Origin: an uncultured Bacillota bacterium
Lineage (GTDB): Bacteria; Sysuimicrobiota; Sysuimicrobiia; Sysuimicrobiales; Segetimicrobiaceae
Reading direction: 5' to 3'
Assembly (NCBI GenBank): GCA_963804645.1
Contig: CAWDRG010000015.1
Coordinates: 128,001 to 192,000, forward strand
DNA: 64,000 nucleotides
Under the pieces are notes generated by a model, which was not told the origin of the DNA, did not search any database, and was given only the letters and a program-made list of their open reading frames with translations. Shown one piece after another: positions 40,084 through 49,092 of the stretch. The position numbers were made by a program, and so were the translations under genes. Numbering within the stretch: position 1 is the first letter of the stretch; every line of letters starts with the position of its first letter.

Positions 40084-40362
40084 ATGGCGGAAATTTATCT
40101 CCCGACCCCGCTTCGGCGGCTGACGGAGGGACACGCGAGAATTCCCGCGGAGGGCGGTACCGTCGACGAGGCCCTGTCCGCGGCCGAGCGCCGATATCCA
40201 GGACTCCGCGAGCAGCTGCGCGATGCCTCCGGTGAGGTGCGTACCTTCATTAACATCTTCGTGAACGGCACGGAGATCCGTTCGCTCCAGGGAGGGGCGA
40301 CCCCGCTCGGGGCGGCGGACGAGGTCACGATCGTGCCGGCGATGGCCGGGGGCGTCCGGTAG
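40084..40362 (+). CDS. MoaD/ThiS/CysO ubiquitin-like sulfur carrier with masked C-terminus (GG-VR)
   Basis: LPTPLR, INIFVNG..IR.LQG..T.L...DEVTIVPAMAGGVR. Confidence 0.9.
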   Translation: MAEIYLPTPLRRLTEGHARIPAEGGTVDEALSAAERRYPGLREQLRDASGEVRTFINIFVNGTEIRSLQGGATPLGAADEVTIVPAMAGGVR

Positions 40363-40366
40363 GAAC

Positions 40367-41227
40367 ATGGACGTCTCCGTTCGAGCGCCTCAGCGGACCG
40401 GCCGCACGACGCCGGTGCTCCGCGTCGTCGACACCTCGCAGTTGCTCCTGCATGAGGAAGTGGACGCCGCGCGGGTGAGCCGGCTGTCTCACGCACTCCG
40501 GCGGGAGGGGGTGCTCCGCAACCCGCCGATCGCGGCCGGGCTCGCCGACGGCCGCGCGATGGTGCTTGACGGTGCCAATCGCGTGACGGCGCTCGCGGCA
40601 CTCGGGGTGCGCCACGCCGTCGTGCAGGTCGTGGACTACGGCGACCCCGGTGTGACCCTGGGGACGTGGCGCCACTACGTCCGCGAGCCCGGCGCCCGGC
40701 CCGGGGCCGCGCTGCGGGACCGCGCGGCGGCGCTGCCCGGCAGTTGGGTGGGTGTACGTGCCGAGCATGGGGACGGGGATGCGCACCTCGAGGCTGGTCG
40801 GGCGGCCGCGGTGATCATCACCCGTAATGCCTCGATCTTGATCGGCGGCGGAGCGCTGTCGGAGATCGCGGCGCGGCTCCGTCAGCTCGTGGCGCTGTAC
40901 CGAGATCGGGCAGAGTTCTACCGCGTGGAGACCGGGGATTTCGCCGCGCTCGAGGCCGAGTACGGTCCGGGGAGCCTCGTGGTATTCCCCCGGTTCTCGA
41001 AGGACACGGTGATGCGCTTGGCGCTGGGCGCGGACTTCCTCCCCGCGGGCATCACCCGGCACGGGATCCAGGGGCGCGTCCTGCGGCTCAATACGCCGCT
41101 CGCGTGGCTGTCGGAGGCGGGCGCGGCGGCGGCGAAGCAGCCCGAGCTCGACGCGATGGTGCAGCGCCGGTATCTGGACCACGGTGTGCGCTACTACTCG
41201 GAGTCCACGTTGCTGTTCGATGAGTAG
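40367..41227 (+). CDS. ParB/Srx-fold protein resembling SbnI/SerK free-serine kinases
   Basis: LLLHEE..R...L...G.LRNPPI....DGRAMVLDGANR.TAL..LG and C-terminal P..SK..V......LPAGITR..I.GR.L.L..PL..L...RYY.E...L.D, matching the SbnI layout as recalled. Confidence 0.65.
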   Translation: MDVSVRAPQRTGRTTPVLRVVDTSQLLLHEEVDAARVSRLSHALRREGVLRNPPIAAGLADGRAMVLDGANRVTALAALGVRHAVVQVVDYGDPGVTLGTWRHYVREPGARPGAALRDRAAALPGSWVGVRAEHGDGDAHLEAGRAAAVIITRNASILIGGGALSEIAARLRQLVALYRDRAEFYRVETGDFAALEAEYGPGSLVVFPRFSKDTVMRLALGADFLPAGITRHGIQGRVLRLNTPLAWLSEAGAAAAKQPELDAMVQRRYLDHGVRYYSESTLLFDE

Positions 41228-42149
41228 CGGCGGTCCGGATCGCGGGTCGCTGCTCGACCGCATCGGCCACACGCCGCTCGTGCGTCTCAGGCGCGTCACG
41301 CAGGACCTTCCCGACGCGGTCGAAGTCTACCTCAAAGCGGAATGGTTCAACCCCGGCGGCTCGGTGAAGGACCGGCCCGTGCTGCGCATGCTGGACGACG
41401 CCGAGCGAGACGGGCGGCTCGAGCCGGGGAAGACGATCCTGGATTCGACCTCCGGCAACGCCGGGATCGCCTACGCGATGATCGGCGCCGTCAAAGGATA
41501 CCCGGTGGAACTCGTCATGCCGGCCAGCGCAAGCGAAGAGCGCAAGCGCATCATCGCGGCGTACGGCGCGCGCATCACCCTGTCGGATCCGCTCGAGGGG
41601 AGCGATGGAGCGATCGTGCTGGCGCGGGAGATTCATGCCCGGGCCCCCGAAACGTACTTCAAGCCCGACCAATACAACAACCCGTCAAACTGGCGGGCCC
41701 ACTACGACACGACGGGTCCCGAGATCCTGGAGCAAACCGGCGGCCGCGTGACCCACTTCGTGGCGGGGCTCGGGACGACGGGCACGCTCGTCGGGACCGG
41801 ACGCCGCCTGCACGAGGCGGACCCGCGCATCGAGGTCGTGGCGGTCGAGCCGGACCGCGCCCTGCATGGGCTCGAGGGGATGAAGCACCTCGCGAGCTCG
41901 ATCGTGCCCGGCATCTATGATGCGGCCGTGCCCGATCGGACGCTGGCGGTGTCCACCGAGGCCGGCTACGCGATGGCGCGCCGCCTCGCACGCGAGGAAG
42001 GGTGCTTCGTCGGCGAGTCCTCGGGCGCCGCGGTCGTCGGGGCGCTGCTCGTGGCCGGCGCACTCCGGTCGGGCGTCGTCGTCGCGATCGCCCCGGACGG
42101 GGGAGACCGGTATCTGAGTACGCCCCTGTGGCGCGCCGACGCGGGGTGA
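41220..42149 (+). CDS. cysM: PLP-dependent cysteine synthase (CysM-like)
   Basis: IGHTPLV, KAEWFNPGGSVKDR, TSGNAG, DQYNNP.N, GLGTTGT, SSGA, PDGGDRYLS. Confidence 0.85.
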   Translation: MSSGGPDRGSLLDRIGHTPLVRLRRVTQDLPDAVEVYLKAEWFNPGGSVKDRPVLRMLDDAERDGRLEPGKTILDSTSGNAGIAYAMIGAVKGYPVELVMPASASEERKRIIAAYGARITLSDPLEGSDGAIVLAREIHARAPETYFKPDQYNNPSNWRAHYDTTGPEILEQTGGRVTHFVAGLGTTGTLVGTGRRLHEADPRIEVVAVEPDRALHGLEGMKHLASSIVPGIYDAAVPDRTLAVSTEAGYAMARRLAREEGCFVGESSGAAVVGALLVAGALRSGVVVAIAPDGGDRYLSTPLWRADAG

Positions 42150-42219
42150 GCTCGCGGTGCCATCGGGCTCCCACGGCGAGGATGATTTCGGTTACAATAT
42201 TGTGAAGGAGAGGTCGCGG

Positions 42220-42738
42220 GTGACGATTCGACTGACTCGTGCCCAACTGGAGACGATGCTGGCGCAGGCGTACACAGAGGCCCCGCGCGAGTGCTGCGGG
42301 TTGCTCCTCGGCGTCGGCGATGTCGTCGCCAGGGTGCTGCCGGCGCAGAACAAGGCGGCGGAGCTTCCGGAGCCGCGCGACCCCCGAGTGTACTACTACG
42401 TCGACGATCGCACCCAGTTGGACGCGGTGCGGTTGGAGCGGGAACACGGGTGGGAGGTGGTCGGCATCTACCACTCGCACCCAGCGACCGCCGCGCGGCC
42501 GAGCGAGACCGACCGAGCGCTCGCGGTGTGGCAGTCGCCGCACTACGTGATTATGTCGCTGGCCGATCCCAGCCGGCCGGATGTGCGGGCGTTCCGCATC
42601 ACCGACCGGGTGGAGGAGCACGGGTCCACCGTCACAGACTCGCAGGGACGGCCGGTTCGGGATGTGGTGCATGAAACGATCGTGGTGACACGCAGGCCGG
42701 CCAAGGACGTCGTGAACGAGGAAGTGGTGGCGAGATGA
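42220..42738 (+). CDS. M67/JAMM metallopeptidase (Mec-like)
   Basis: PRECCGLLLG; YHSHP....RPS.TD. Confidence 0.9.
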   Translation: MTIRLTRAQLETMLAQAYTEAPRECCGLLLGVGDVVARVLPAQNKAAELPEPRDPRVYYYVDDRTQLDAVRLEREHGWEVVGIYHSHPATAARPSETDRALAVWQSPHYVIMSLADPSRPDVRAFRITDRVEEHGSTVTDSQGRPVRDVVHETIVVTRRPAKDVVNEEVVAR

Positions 42739-43163
42739 AGGTGAGCACCCGGGCAGAGTACGGCATCCGCGCGTTGATCGATTTGGCCAGACACTACGGA
42801 CAGGGTCCTATCCAGAGCCATGACATCGCCCGCCGTCAAGGACTGCCCGAGCCGTACCTGAACCAGCTCATGATCACGCTGCGGCGTGCCGGGCTCGTGC
42901 AGAGCAAGCGCGGACCGAGCGGCGGTCACGTCTTGGCGCGCGCTCCCGAGTGCATCACGATCGGGGAGGCGTTTCTGATTCTCGAAGGCAGCGTCGCTCC
43001 GTGGCTGTGCGTGGAAGAGACCGACGCGCACTGCATCTACGCCGCGGGCTGCGGGCTGCGTCCGGTCTGGCAGGCGGTCAAGGCGGCGACCGAGGATGTG
43101 CTCAACCGCACGACGCTGGCCGACATTCTCCGGCCATCGCTCGTCTCGGTCGGCGACGCGTGA
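42735..43163 (+). CDS. Rrf2 family transcriptional regulator (IscR/CymR-like, three C-terminal Cys)
   Basis: MKVSTRAEYG, YLNQL...LRRAGLV.S.RGP.GG..LAR, LEG....C......C....C. Confidence 0.9.
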   Translation: MKVSTRAEYGIRALIDLARHYGQGPIQSHDIARRQGLPEPYLNQLMITLRRAGLVQSKRGPSGGHVLARAPECITIGEAFLILEGSVAPWLCVEETDAHCIYAAGCGLRPVWQAVKAATEDVLNRTTLADILRPSLVSVGDA

Positions 43164-43180
43164 GAACCGCGAGCGGATGC

Positions 43181-43206
43181 GGAATCGACGGGGAGGCGCA
43201 GGCGTT
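43181..43206 (+). promoter_or_regulatory. Putative autoregulatory SigH/SigR-type promoter
   Basis: GGAAT-N18-GTT directly upstream of the ECF sigma start. Confidence 0.6.
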
Positions 43207-43239
43207 CTTCACAGTGGACGGCTCGACGAGGTCTGCGGC

Positions 43240-43869
43240 GTGAGCGACGTCGGCGGACACCAGCCGACCCCGGGCGGCGCGGCGACGCCGGACGAGGCCC
43301 GTGAGGCGCGGGCTCGGTTCGAAGCACTCGTCGGGGAGCACCTGGACGGCCTGTACCGTGTGGCCCTGCGGCTCTCGCGCAACCCGACCGTGGCGGAGGA
43401 TCTGGTGCAAGAGGCGATGCTCCGGGCGTGGCGATCGTTTCATACGTTTCGCGAGGGGACGAACATTCGGGCGTGGCTCTACCGTATTTTGATGAACGCA
43501 CACGTTGATCGGTACCGGAAGGCGGCGAGGACGCCGGAAGTGCTCGAAGAGGAGATCGGCGACGAGTACTTGTACGCGGGCGCCCGCGACGGAGACGCGT
43601 TGAGCCAGGCGGGCAACCCTGAGGTGGAAGTGCTCGACCGCATCATGGACCAGGAAGTCCGGGAGAGCCTGGATGCCCTGCCGCTCCCGTTTCGCGCAGC
43701 CGTCATGCTGGTGGACGTCGAAGGGTTCTCGTACAAGGAGGCTGCGGAGATTCTTGGGGTGCCGATCGGAACCGTGATGTCGCGCCTGTCGCGAGCGAGG
43801 CACGCGTTGAAACGCCGGCTGGCGGCGTTCGCGCGGGACCGGCACTTCGTGCAGGGAGAGCCGGCATGA
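43240..43869 (+). CDS. ECF sigma factor (SigH/SigR-like)
   Basis: AEDLVQE, F..F.EGTN.RAWLYRIL.N, DVEGFSYKE.AEI...PIGTVMSRL. Confidence 0.9.
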   Translation: MSDVGGHQPTPGGAATPDEAREARARFEALVGEHLDGLYRVALRLSRNPTVAEDLVQEAMLRAWRSFHTFREGTNIRAWLYRILMNAHVDRYRKAARTPEVLEEEIGDEYLYAGARDGDALSQAGNPEVEVLDRIMDQEVRESLDALPLPFRAAVMLVDVEGFSYKEAAEILGVPIGTVMSRLSRARHALKRRLAAFARDRHFVQGEPA

Positions 43870-44090
43870 ACTGCAGCGAGGCCGTGGAAAAGCTCTGGCA
43901 GTACCTCGATCGGGAGCTCGAGGGCGACAAGGTGGTCGAGATCGAACTGCACCTGCAAGAGTGCCGCGGCTGTTTCTCCAAAGCGGAGTTCGAGCGGCAC
44001 CTCCGGTCGTTACTGCGAAGGTCGTGTGGCTGCGATCAGGCACCGCCAGAGCTGCGAGCGCGTCTGACCCGGCTGCTCCGAATGTTTTGA
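43866..44090 (+). CDS. Cytoplasmic zinc-binding anti-sigma factor (RsrA/RshA-like)
   Basis: C.....L..YLD.E......HLQECRGC...AP.ELR; no TM. Confidence 0.85.
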   Translation: MNCSEAVEKLWQYLDRELEGDKVVEIELHLQECRGCFSKAEFERHLRSLLRRSCGCDQAPPELRARLTRLLRMF

Positions 44091-45049
44091 ACACCACGCG
44101 CGCGCCCCGCCGTGCCGCGATCGACGTCGGCACCAACTCCGTCCGTCTGCTCGTGGCCGATCTCCCAGGGTGGACCCCAGGAGCGCCGACGATGCTCTCG
44201 CCCGGCGCGCAGGGTCCGATCCTCCGTCCGGTGCTCCGCCGTCTATCGATTACCCGTCTGGGTGACGGTCTCGATGCCACCGGCGCCCTTCGACCCGGCT
44301 CCGCGGCGCGGACGGCGGTCGCGATCGAAGAATTTGCCGCGGCGGCGTACCGCCTCGGCGCGCCGAACCCGGTCGTGCTGGCCACGTACGCGCTGCGCGC
44401 GGCGAGAAACCCGCAGGAGCTGCTGTCGCGAGTGCAGCGACCCGTGCGGATTCTGAGCGGGGAAGAGGAGGCGCGGCTCGGGTTCTTGGGCGCGGTTGCG
44501 GCGCTGGCTCCGCGGCACGTCGCGCCGGGCGTCCTGGTGGTCGACATCGGGGGCGGCAGCGTCGAGCTGACCTGGGGGACTCTGCGAGGCATCGAGGGAA
44601 CCCACTCGTTCCCCCTCGGATGCGTGTTGTTGACCCATCGGTTTCTCAAGCACGACCCGCCAGAGGCCGCGGAGGTCGAGGCGCTTGAGAGCTACCTCGA
44701 CGAGACGCTCGGCCCGGTGCTGGAGCGGCTGCGCACGATTCCGCACGCGGTGATCGGCGTGGGGGGGACCATCACCACGCTGGCGGCGATCGACCAGCGA
44801 CTGGAGCCGTACGATCCGGATCAAGTCCACGGCTACCGTCTTTTGGCCGATCGGGTCCGCGTGATTCTCGTAGATCTGCTTGGCCGGTCGCTGGTGGCCC
44901 GACAGACGATTCCCGGGCTCCAGCCCGAGCGCGCGGATGTGATCGTCGCCGGCGCGCTCGTGCTGCAGCGCGTGCTTGACGGACTCGGCGGGCGCGCGAT
45001 TCAAGCGAGCGAGGCCGACCTGCTCTGGGCGGCGCTGCTGGGCTACTAG
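44087..45049 (+). CDS. Ppx/GppA exopolyphosphatase family
   Basis: IDVGTNSVRL, ITRLG, ILSGEEEA, DIGGGSVE, GGTITT, RADVIVAG. Confidence 0.9.
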   Translation: MNTTRAPRRAAIDVGTNSVRLLVADLPGWTPGAPTMLSPGAQGPILRPVLRRLSITRLGDGLDATGALRPGSAARTAVAIEEFAAAAYRLGAPNPVVLATYALRAARNPQELLSRVQRPVRILSGEEEARLGFLGAVAALAPRHVAPGVLVVDIGGGSVELTWGTLRGIEGTHSFPLGCVLLTHRFLKHDPPEAAEVEALESYLDETLGPVLERLRTIPHAVIGVGGTITTLAAIDQRLEPYDPDQVHGYRLLADRVRVILVDLLGRSLVARQTIPGLQPERADVIVAGALVLQRVLDGLGGRAIQASEADLLWAALLGY

Positions 45050-45354
45050 CGGGGTCCACGACGTTCGGGTATCAGTGAAGACGGGCCGAGCGGAATGGAG
45101 CCGCGCGGGTTACGTTACGCCCCGTTACGCCCAGCCCTAAAGAATAGGCAATTTCTCGCACCACAGCCCTTTCGGCGAGCCGTTTGTCGCAGGGGTCCTG
45201 TGGGTTTTTGACCGAACGCGGGTCGGCCCCCCATAATTTTTTCTTCGCAGCAGGATTTTGGGGGGAGATAACTGAAAGATAGTACTAAGGCATTTCAGTC
45301 ACCAAAGCCTGGCGCCCAGCGGATGACCCGAGACGGGTGTCGAAGGGAAGGCCG

Positions 45355-45708
45355 ATGCGGATTCCCACCCACCCGACCCTCCTCCGGCGGCAATTGGACG
45401 CCCGCGTGCAGCAGTTGGCGGCGCAGGGGCCGGTGCTGGCGGCCAGTTTAGTGAAGATCGCGCGCCGCTGCGGGCGGCCGGGCTGCCACTGTACGCAGGG
45501 CGCGCTGCACGTGGGCCATTACCTGTCGTACAAAGTAGCGGGCAAGACGCGGATGGTGTACGTGCCGGTCGACCTCGTCGAGGAGGTCCGGGGGTGGGTC
45601 GCGGAGCACCGCCGGCTGCGCCAATTGACGCAGGAGATCACGCAACTCACGCTGGCCCAGATCCGCGGGCACGTGACGGCGCGGAAGCGGCGGGCCGGCC
45701 GGGCCTAA
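45355..45708 (+). CDS. DUF6788-like IS accessory protein
   Basis: RRCGRPGCHC..G..H...YLS....GKT...YVP. Confidence 0.7.
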   Translation: MRIPTHPTLLRRQLDARVQQLAAQGPVLAASLVKIARRCGRPGCHCTQGALHVGHYLSYKVAGKTRMVYVPVDLVEEVRGWVAEHRRLRQLTQEITQLTLAQIRGHVTARKRRAGRA

Positions 45709-47055
45709 GCGCCCTCGGGCAGACATTCCACCACACGATCCAGCACTTCTGGCCGGCGTTGAACCAGTGGCTGGCCGCGCTGCCGGACACGCGCCATCAG
45801 TCGTTCATCGAGTACGACCCCGAGTTTCTCGCCTGGTGGGGGCTCTTGCTCTTCTGCTGTAAACTGGGCAGTCGGCGCCAGTTGGACTTTGACTTGCGCG
45901 ATCCGGCGACGCAGGTGCTCCGCAATGTGAACCGGCTCGCCGGGACGCAGCACGCGACCTTGCCGGTGCACGACACGTTGGACCACTTCTTGCACCATCT
46001 GGGGAGTGCGCCGCTGGCGGCGCTGCGGACCCAGATGGTGCGCCGCCTGATTCGGATGAAGGTGTTGGATGGCGCGCGCCTGCTCGGCCGCGTCGTCGTC
46101 GCGATCGACGGGACGGGGCATCTGCACTTTCGGCGGCGGCACTGTCCCCAGTGTTGGGTGCGGCAGCATCCCGCCTACGACGCGTATCTGCACATGGTCG
46201 AAGAGGCGAAACTCCTCGGCCCCGGCGGGCTCGGGCTGTCCCTCGGGACGGCCTTTATTGAGAACGCCGATCGTCCGTCGCCGGTGGACCGGGACCCGGA
46301 CGGCGTGGAAGCAGGACTGCGAGCTGGCGGCATTCCGCCGCCTGGTGCCGGCCCTGCGGCAAGCGTATCCCCAGATGGCCTTCTGTGTGACGAGCGATGC
46401 GCTGTATGCGTGCGCGCCGGCGGTACGATTGGTCGAAGCCCAGGGGTGGAGCTATGTGTTTACCTTCAAGGCGGGGAACGCGCCGACGGCCTGGGCCGAG
46501 TTTCAGGCCGTGATGGCGTTGTGCCCGGAGAATGTCCTGCGGCTGACCCTCCCCGACGGGACGCAGCAAGTGTACCGCTGGGCGACAGGGATGTCGTCGG
46601 ACGATGGGACCGGGCGCAGCGCGTATGGGTTCAACGCCCTGCGGTGCGAGGAGACGGTGAAGGCGACGACGACGACCTTCGTGTGGATGACGAACCTCCC
46701 GGTGAGCCGGGACACGGTGGTGGAGATTGCGACGAAAGGAGGGCGACGCCGCTGGACGATTGAGGCCGGGTTCAATGTGCAAAAAAACAGCGAGCTCAAC
46801 CTGGAGCACGCCTACAGCACCGATCCGGAATTGATCAAGGCCTACTACTATCTCCTCCAGATCGCGCATATGATGCTGCAACTGCTGGAGCGCGGGAGTT
46901 TGCTCCGGCGCTTGGCCCAGCGGCACGGCAAAACGCCGGTGGCCCTCTTTGGCAGTCTCAAGAACATCGCCCGCCGGCTCCTCGAGGCGCTCCGCCACCA
47001 CGTCCTTCCCGACGAGCCGAGACCGGCCATCCAAATCCGCTTCGATACATCCTAA
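45705..47055 (+). CDS. DDE transposase; frameshift near 46305; start unclear
   Basis: VAIDGTG, CPQC, KQDCE..AF.RL, SDALYA, GR.RW.IE.GFN.QK....LEH. Confidence 0.75.
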
Positions 47056-47230
47056 GAGCGGTTCGCTGGCGGCTGCTCCGGCTCTCGTACTCGCTGTGCT
47101 CGCTGCTATGTTCCGCTTCTCGAAGTCATCGCTTCGAGCTCCCTCCCTATCACGCTCGTTTGACCCTTCCGCGATGCGGTCCCAGCCCTCCGGCTTGCCA
47201 GGTCCTATTCCTCATCGCTGCGTTACGCCA

Positions 47231-48528
47231 GGTAGTGTCAACTCTTTTGTGTAGTTTCGCATGACCCGTATCGGTATGCGTAGCGCTCATTGAGCGCCCG
47301 GATGATGGCAAAGATGATGCGCTCGCAGCTGGCCGTGTTGGTGAAGCAGGTCATCGGGCGCGTGCGGCGGCGGATCTCCCGGAAGACCCGTTCGATCGCG
47401 TTTGTAGTTCTCACTTTCCGCCAATCGGCTTCCGGGACGTCAAGGAACTTCAGCAGCGCATCCCAGTCGCGGAACAGGGTGGCGACGGCGCTGGGGGCGG
47501 TGCGCTCCCAAGCTTGCCGCCAGCGCTGCAGCGCGCGTTCCGCGGCCGGCCGGGATCGGGCTTGGTAGATACGGCGGGCCATGCGCAAACACTCGTCCCG
47601 ATCGCGGACGCGCAGGCGGTTAGAGACATTGCGGAGGACGTGGACCCAGCAGGCCTGGCGGGGGACGTCCGGATAGATGTAGTCGAGGGCGGCATGGAGC
47701 CCGCGGTGCCCGTCGGTGGTGATGAGGCGCAACTGGCTGCCGGCGAGGCCGCGCGCGGCGAGGGTGAGGAGAAAGGCGTCCCAGGTGCTGTGGCCCTCTC
47801 GGCGCACGAGCCGGAAGTCCAGGAGCTGGCGGCGGCCATCGGCCCTGAGGCCATAGGCCACCAGCGCCACGCGGCGGCGGGTGCCGTCGGGGGTTTTGGT
47901 GCGGAGGCTGACGGCGTCGAGGAAGAGATAGACCCACTCATCGGACAGAGGCCGACGGTGAAAGGCCGCCACCGCCTGGTCCAGGGTGCGGGTGATGGCG
48001 GAGACCGTCGTGGCGCTGAGGCGGTCCTCGAGCAGCTCGGCGAGCAGGGGGCCCACTTGGCGGGTACTGACGCCGCCGAGGAAGACGCTGCGGACCAGCG
48101 TATTGACGCGGTCGGTGCGGCGCTGGTAGCGGGGGAGGACCGAGGGCGTAAAGCCGTGGACCCGGGCGCGCGGGACAGTGAGGGGGAGAGTGCCCCAGGT
48201 GGTGGTGAGGCGCCGGACGTAGGAGCCGTTGCGATAGCCGCGGCGGTAGGAACTGCGGTGGTACGAGGCGGCTTTCAGATAGTGGGTCAACTCATCTTCC
48301 ATGCGGTGTTCGAGGAGACATTTCACCGCGCGGAGGCTCTCGCGGGAGATGTCCCCCCAGAGGGTGGCTTCGTCCTTGACCTCCTTCCACAGATCCGATA
48401 CGGTGAGATCGGTCAGTGCGGCAACACTGGCCACGGGCGTATCCTCCTTTCTATGGGGTAGTGGGTGGAGGGTACGCCCCCTCCCTTTCGGCGCCCTCTC
48501 GAAAGTCCACAGAGAAGCGTACACTACC
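47231..48528 (-). mobile_element. IS256 family element
   Basis: Ends GGTAGTGTCAACTCTTTTGTG / GGTAGTGTACGCTTCTCTGTG. 8-bp duplication TTACGCCA at 47223-47230 and 48529-48536. Confidence 0.9.
47238..48434 (-). CDS. IS256 family transposase
   Basis: YRNG...R.L, GVSTR, YLFLDA, TDGHRGL, Q.CWVH..RN, RTTNAIER.FREIRRR. Confidence 0.95.
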   Translation of the reverse strand: MASVAALTDLTVSDLWKEVKDEATLWGDISRESLRAVKCLLEHRMEDELTHYLKAASYHRSSYRRGYRNGSYVRRLTTTWGTLPLTVPRARVHGFTPSVLPRYQRRTDRVNTLVRSVFLGGVSTRQVGPLLAELLEDRLSATTVSAITRTLDQAVAAFHRRPLSDEWVYLFLDAVSLRTKTPDGTRRRVALVAYGLRADGRRQLLDFRLVRREGHSTWDAFLLTLAARGLAGSQLRLITTDGHRGLHAALDYIYPDVPRQACWVHVLRNVSNRLRVRDRDECLRMARRIYQARSRPAAERALQRWRQAWERTAPSAVATLFRDWDALLKFLDVPEADWRKVRTTNAIERVFREIRRRTRPMTCFTNTASCERIIFAIIRALNERYAYRYGSCETTQKS

Positions 48529-48543
48529 TTACGCCACCCGCGT

Positions 48544-48571
48544 TTGACAGGTCCGGTCGCGGTGTTATAAT
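48544..48571 (+). promoter_or_regulatory. Consensus sigma-70 promoter of tRNA-Met
   Basis: TTGACA-N16-TATAAT with extended TG. Confidence 0.85.
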
Positions 48572-48604
48572 GACTAGTGCACTTCAAATTACATACGGTT
48601 GCGG

Positions 48605-48681
<77 letters not shown>

Positions 48682-48694
48682 AGTTCACAGAGGC

Positions 48695-48728
48695 GACCCG
48701 CTCGGTAGACTCCGAGCGGGTCCTTTTT
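48695..48728 (+). terminator. Rho-independent terminator after tRNA
   Basis: GACCCGCTCGG...CCGAGCGGGTC followed by CTTTTT. Confidence 0.8.
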
Positions 48729-48748
48729 GTGTTTCGAGGGACGCGATT

Positions 48749-48799
48749 TTGACAAACTTCCACCGGCCGTGTTAAGGTACGTAGTAGCTATTGGCTACT
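48749..48799 (+). promoter_or_regulatory. TA operon promoter and operator
   Basis: TTGACA-N18-TAAGGT and palindrome AGTAGC-N5-GCTACT (48783-48799). Confidence 0.5.
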
Positions 48800-48819
48800 T
48801 ACTCGTAGAGGTGTTGGCC

Positions 48820-49089
48820 GTGGGAATCGTGACGGCGAAGCAGCTCAAGAATAGTACTGGTGAGGTCTTGCGCCGCGTGCGATCCGGCGAGATCGTAACG
48901 GTTACGATCCGTGGCACAAGCGTGGCGCAGTTCATCCCCCTGCGCGGTAGGGCCCAGGTACAGCATTTACGCCAGGCGCGTGCATCAAAACAAACTGTCG
49001 TGCGGTCCGTCGCTGGACGGTACCGGGGTGTGGGGACCCTGCGGGAATTTCTCAAGGACAAAGCTCAGGAGATTAGACAGGAGCGATAG
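48820..49089 (+). CDS. Phd/YefM family antitoxin
   Basis: VTAKQLKNSTGEVLRRVRSGE.V.VT.RG..VA..IP. Confidence 0.85.
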   Translation: MGIVTAKQLKNSTGEVLRRVRSGEIVTVTIRGTSVAQFIPLRGRAQVQHLRQARASKQTVVRSVAGRYRGVGTLREFLKDKAQEIRQER

Positions 49090-49092
49090 GCG

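Larger units (their letters stand above)
45132..47220 (+). mobile_element. Unclassified DDE insertion sequence (DUF6788-like ORF plus transposase), 2,089 bp
   Basis: Imperfect IRs CAGCCCTAAAGAATAGG / CAGCGATGAGGAATAGG (13/17). 9-bp duplication CGTTACGCC at 45123-45131 and 47221-47229. Confidence 0.8.

Noticed and set aside
40367..41227. Chromosome-partitioning ParB
   Set aside because: There is no HTH domain or parA neighbour, and the C-terminus and context fit SbnI/SerK-like enzymes better.
51..45049. Many long antisense and alternate-frame ORFs
   Set aside because: These are Arg/Pro/Gly-rich shadow ORFs expected in high-GC DNA, and they overlap well-supported genes.
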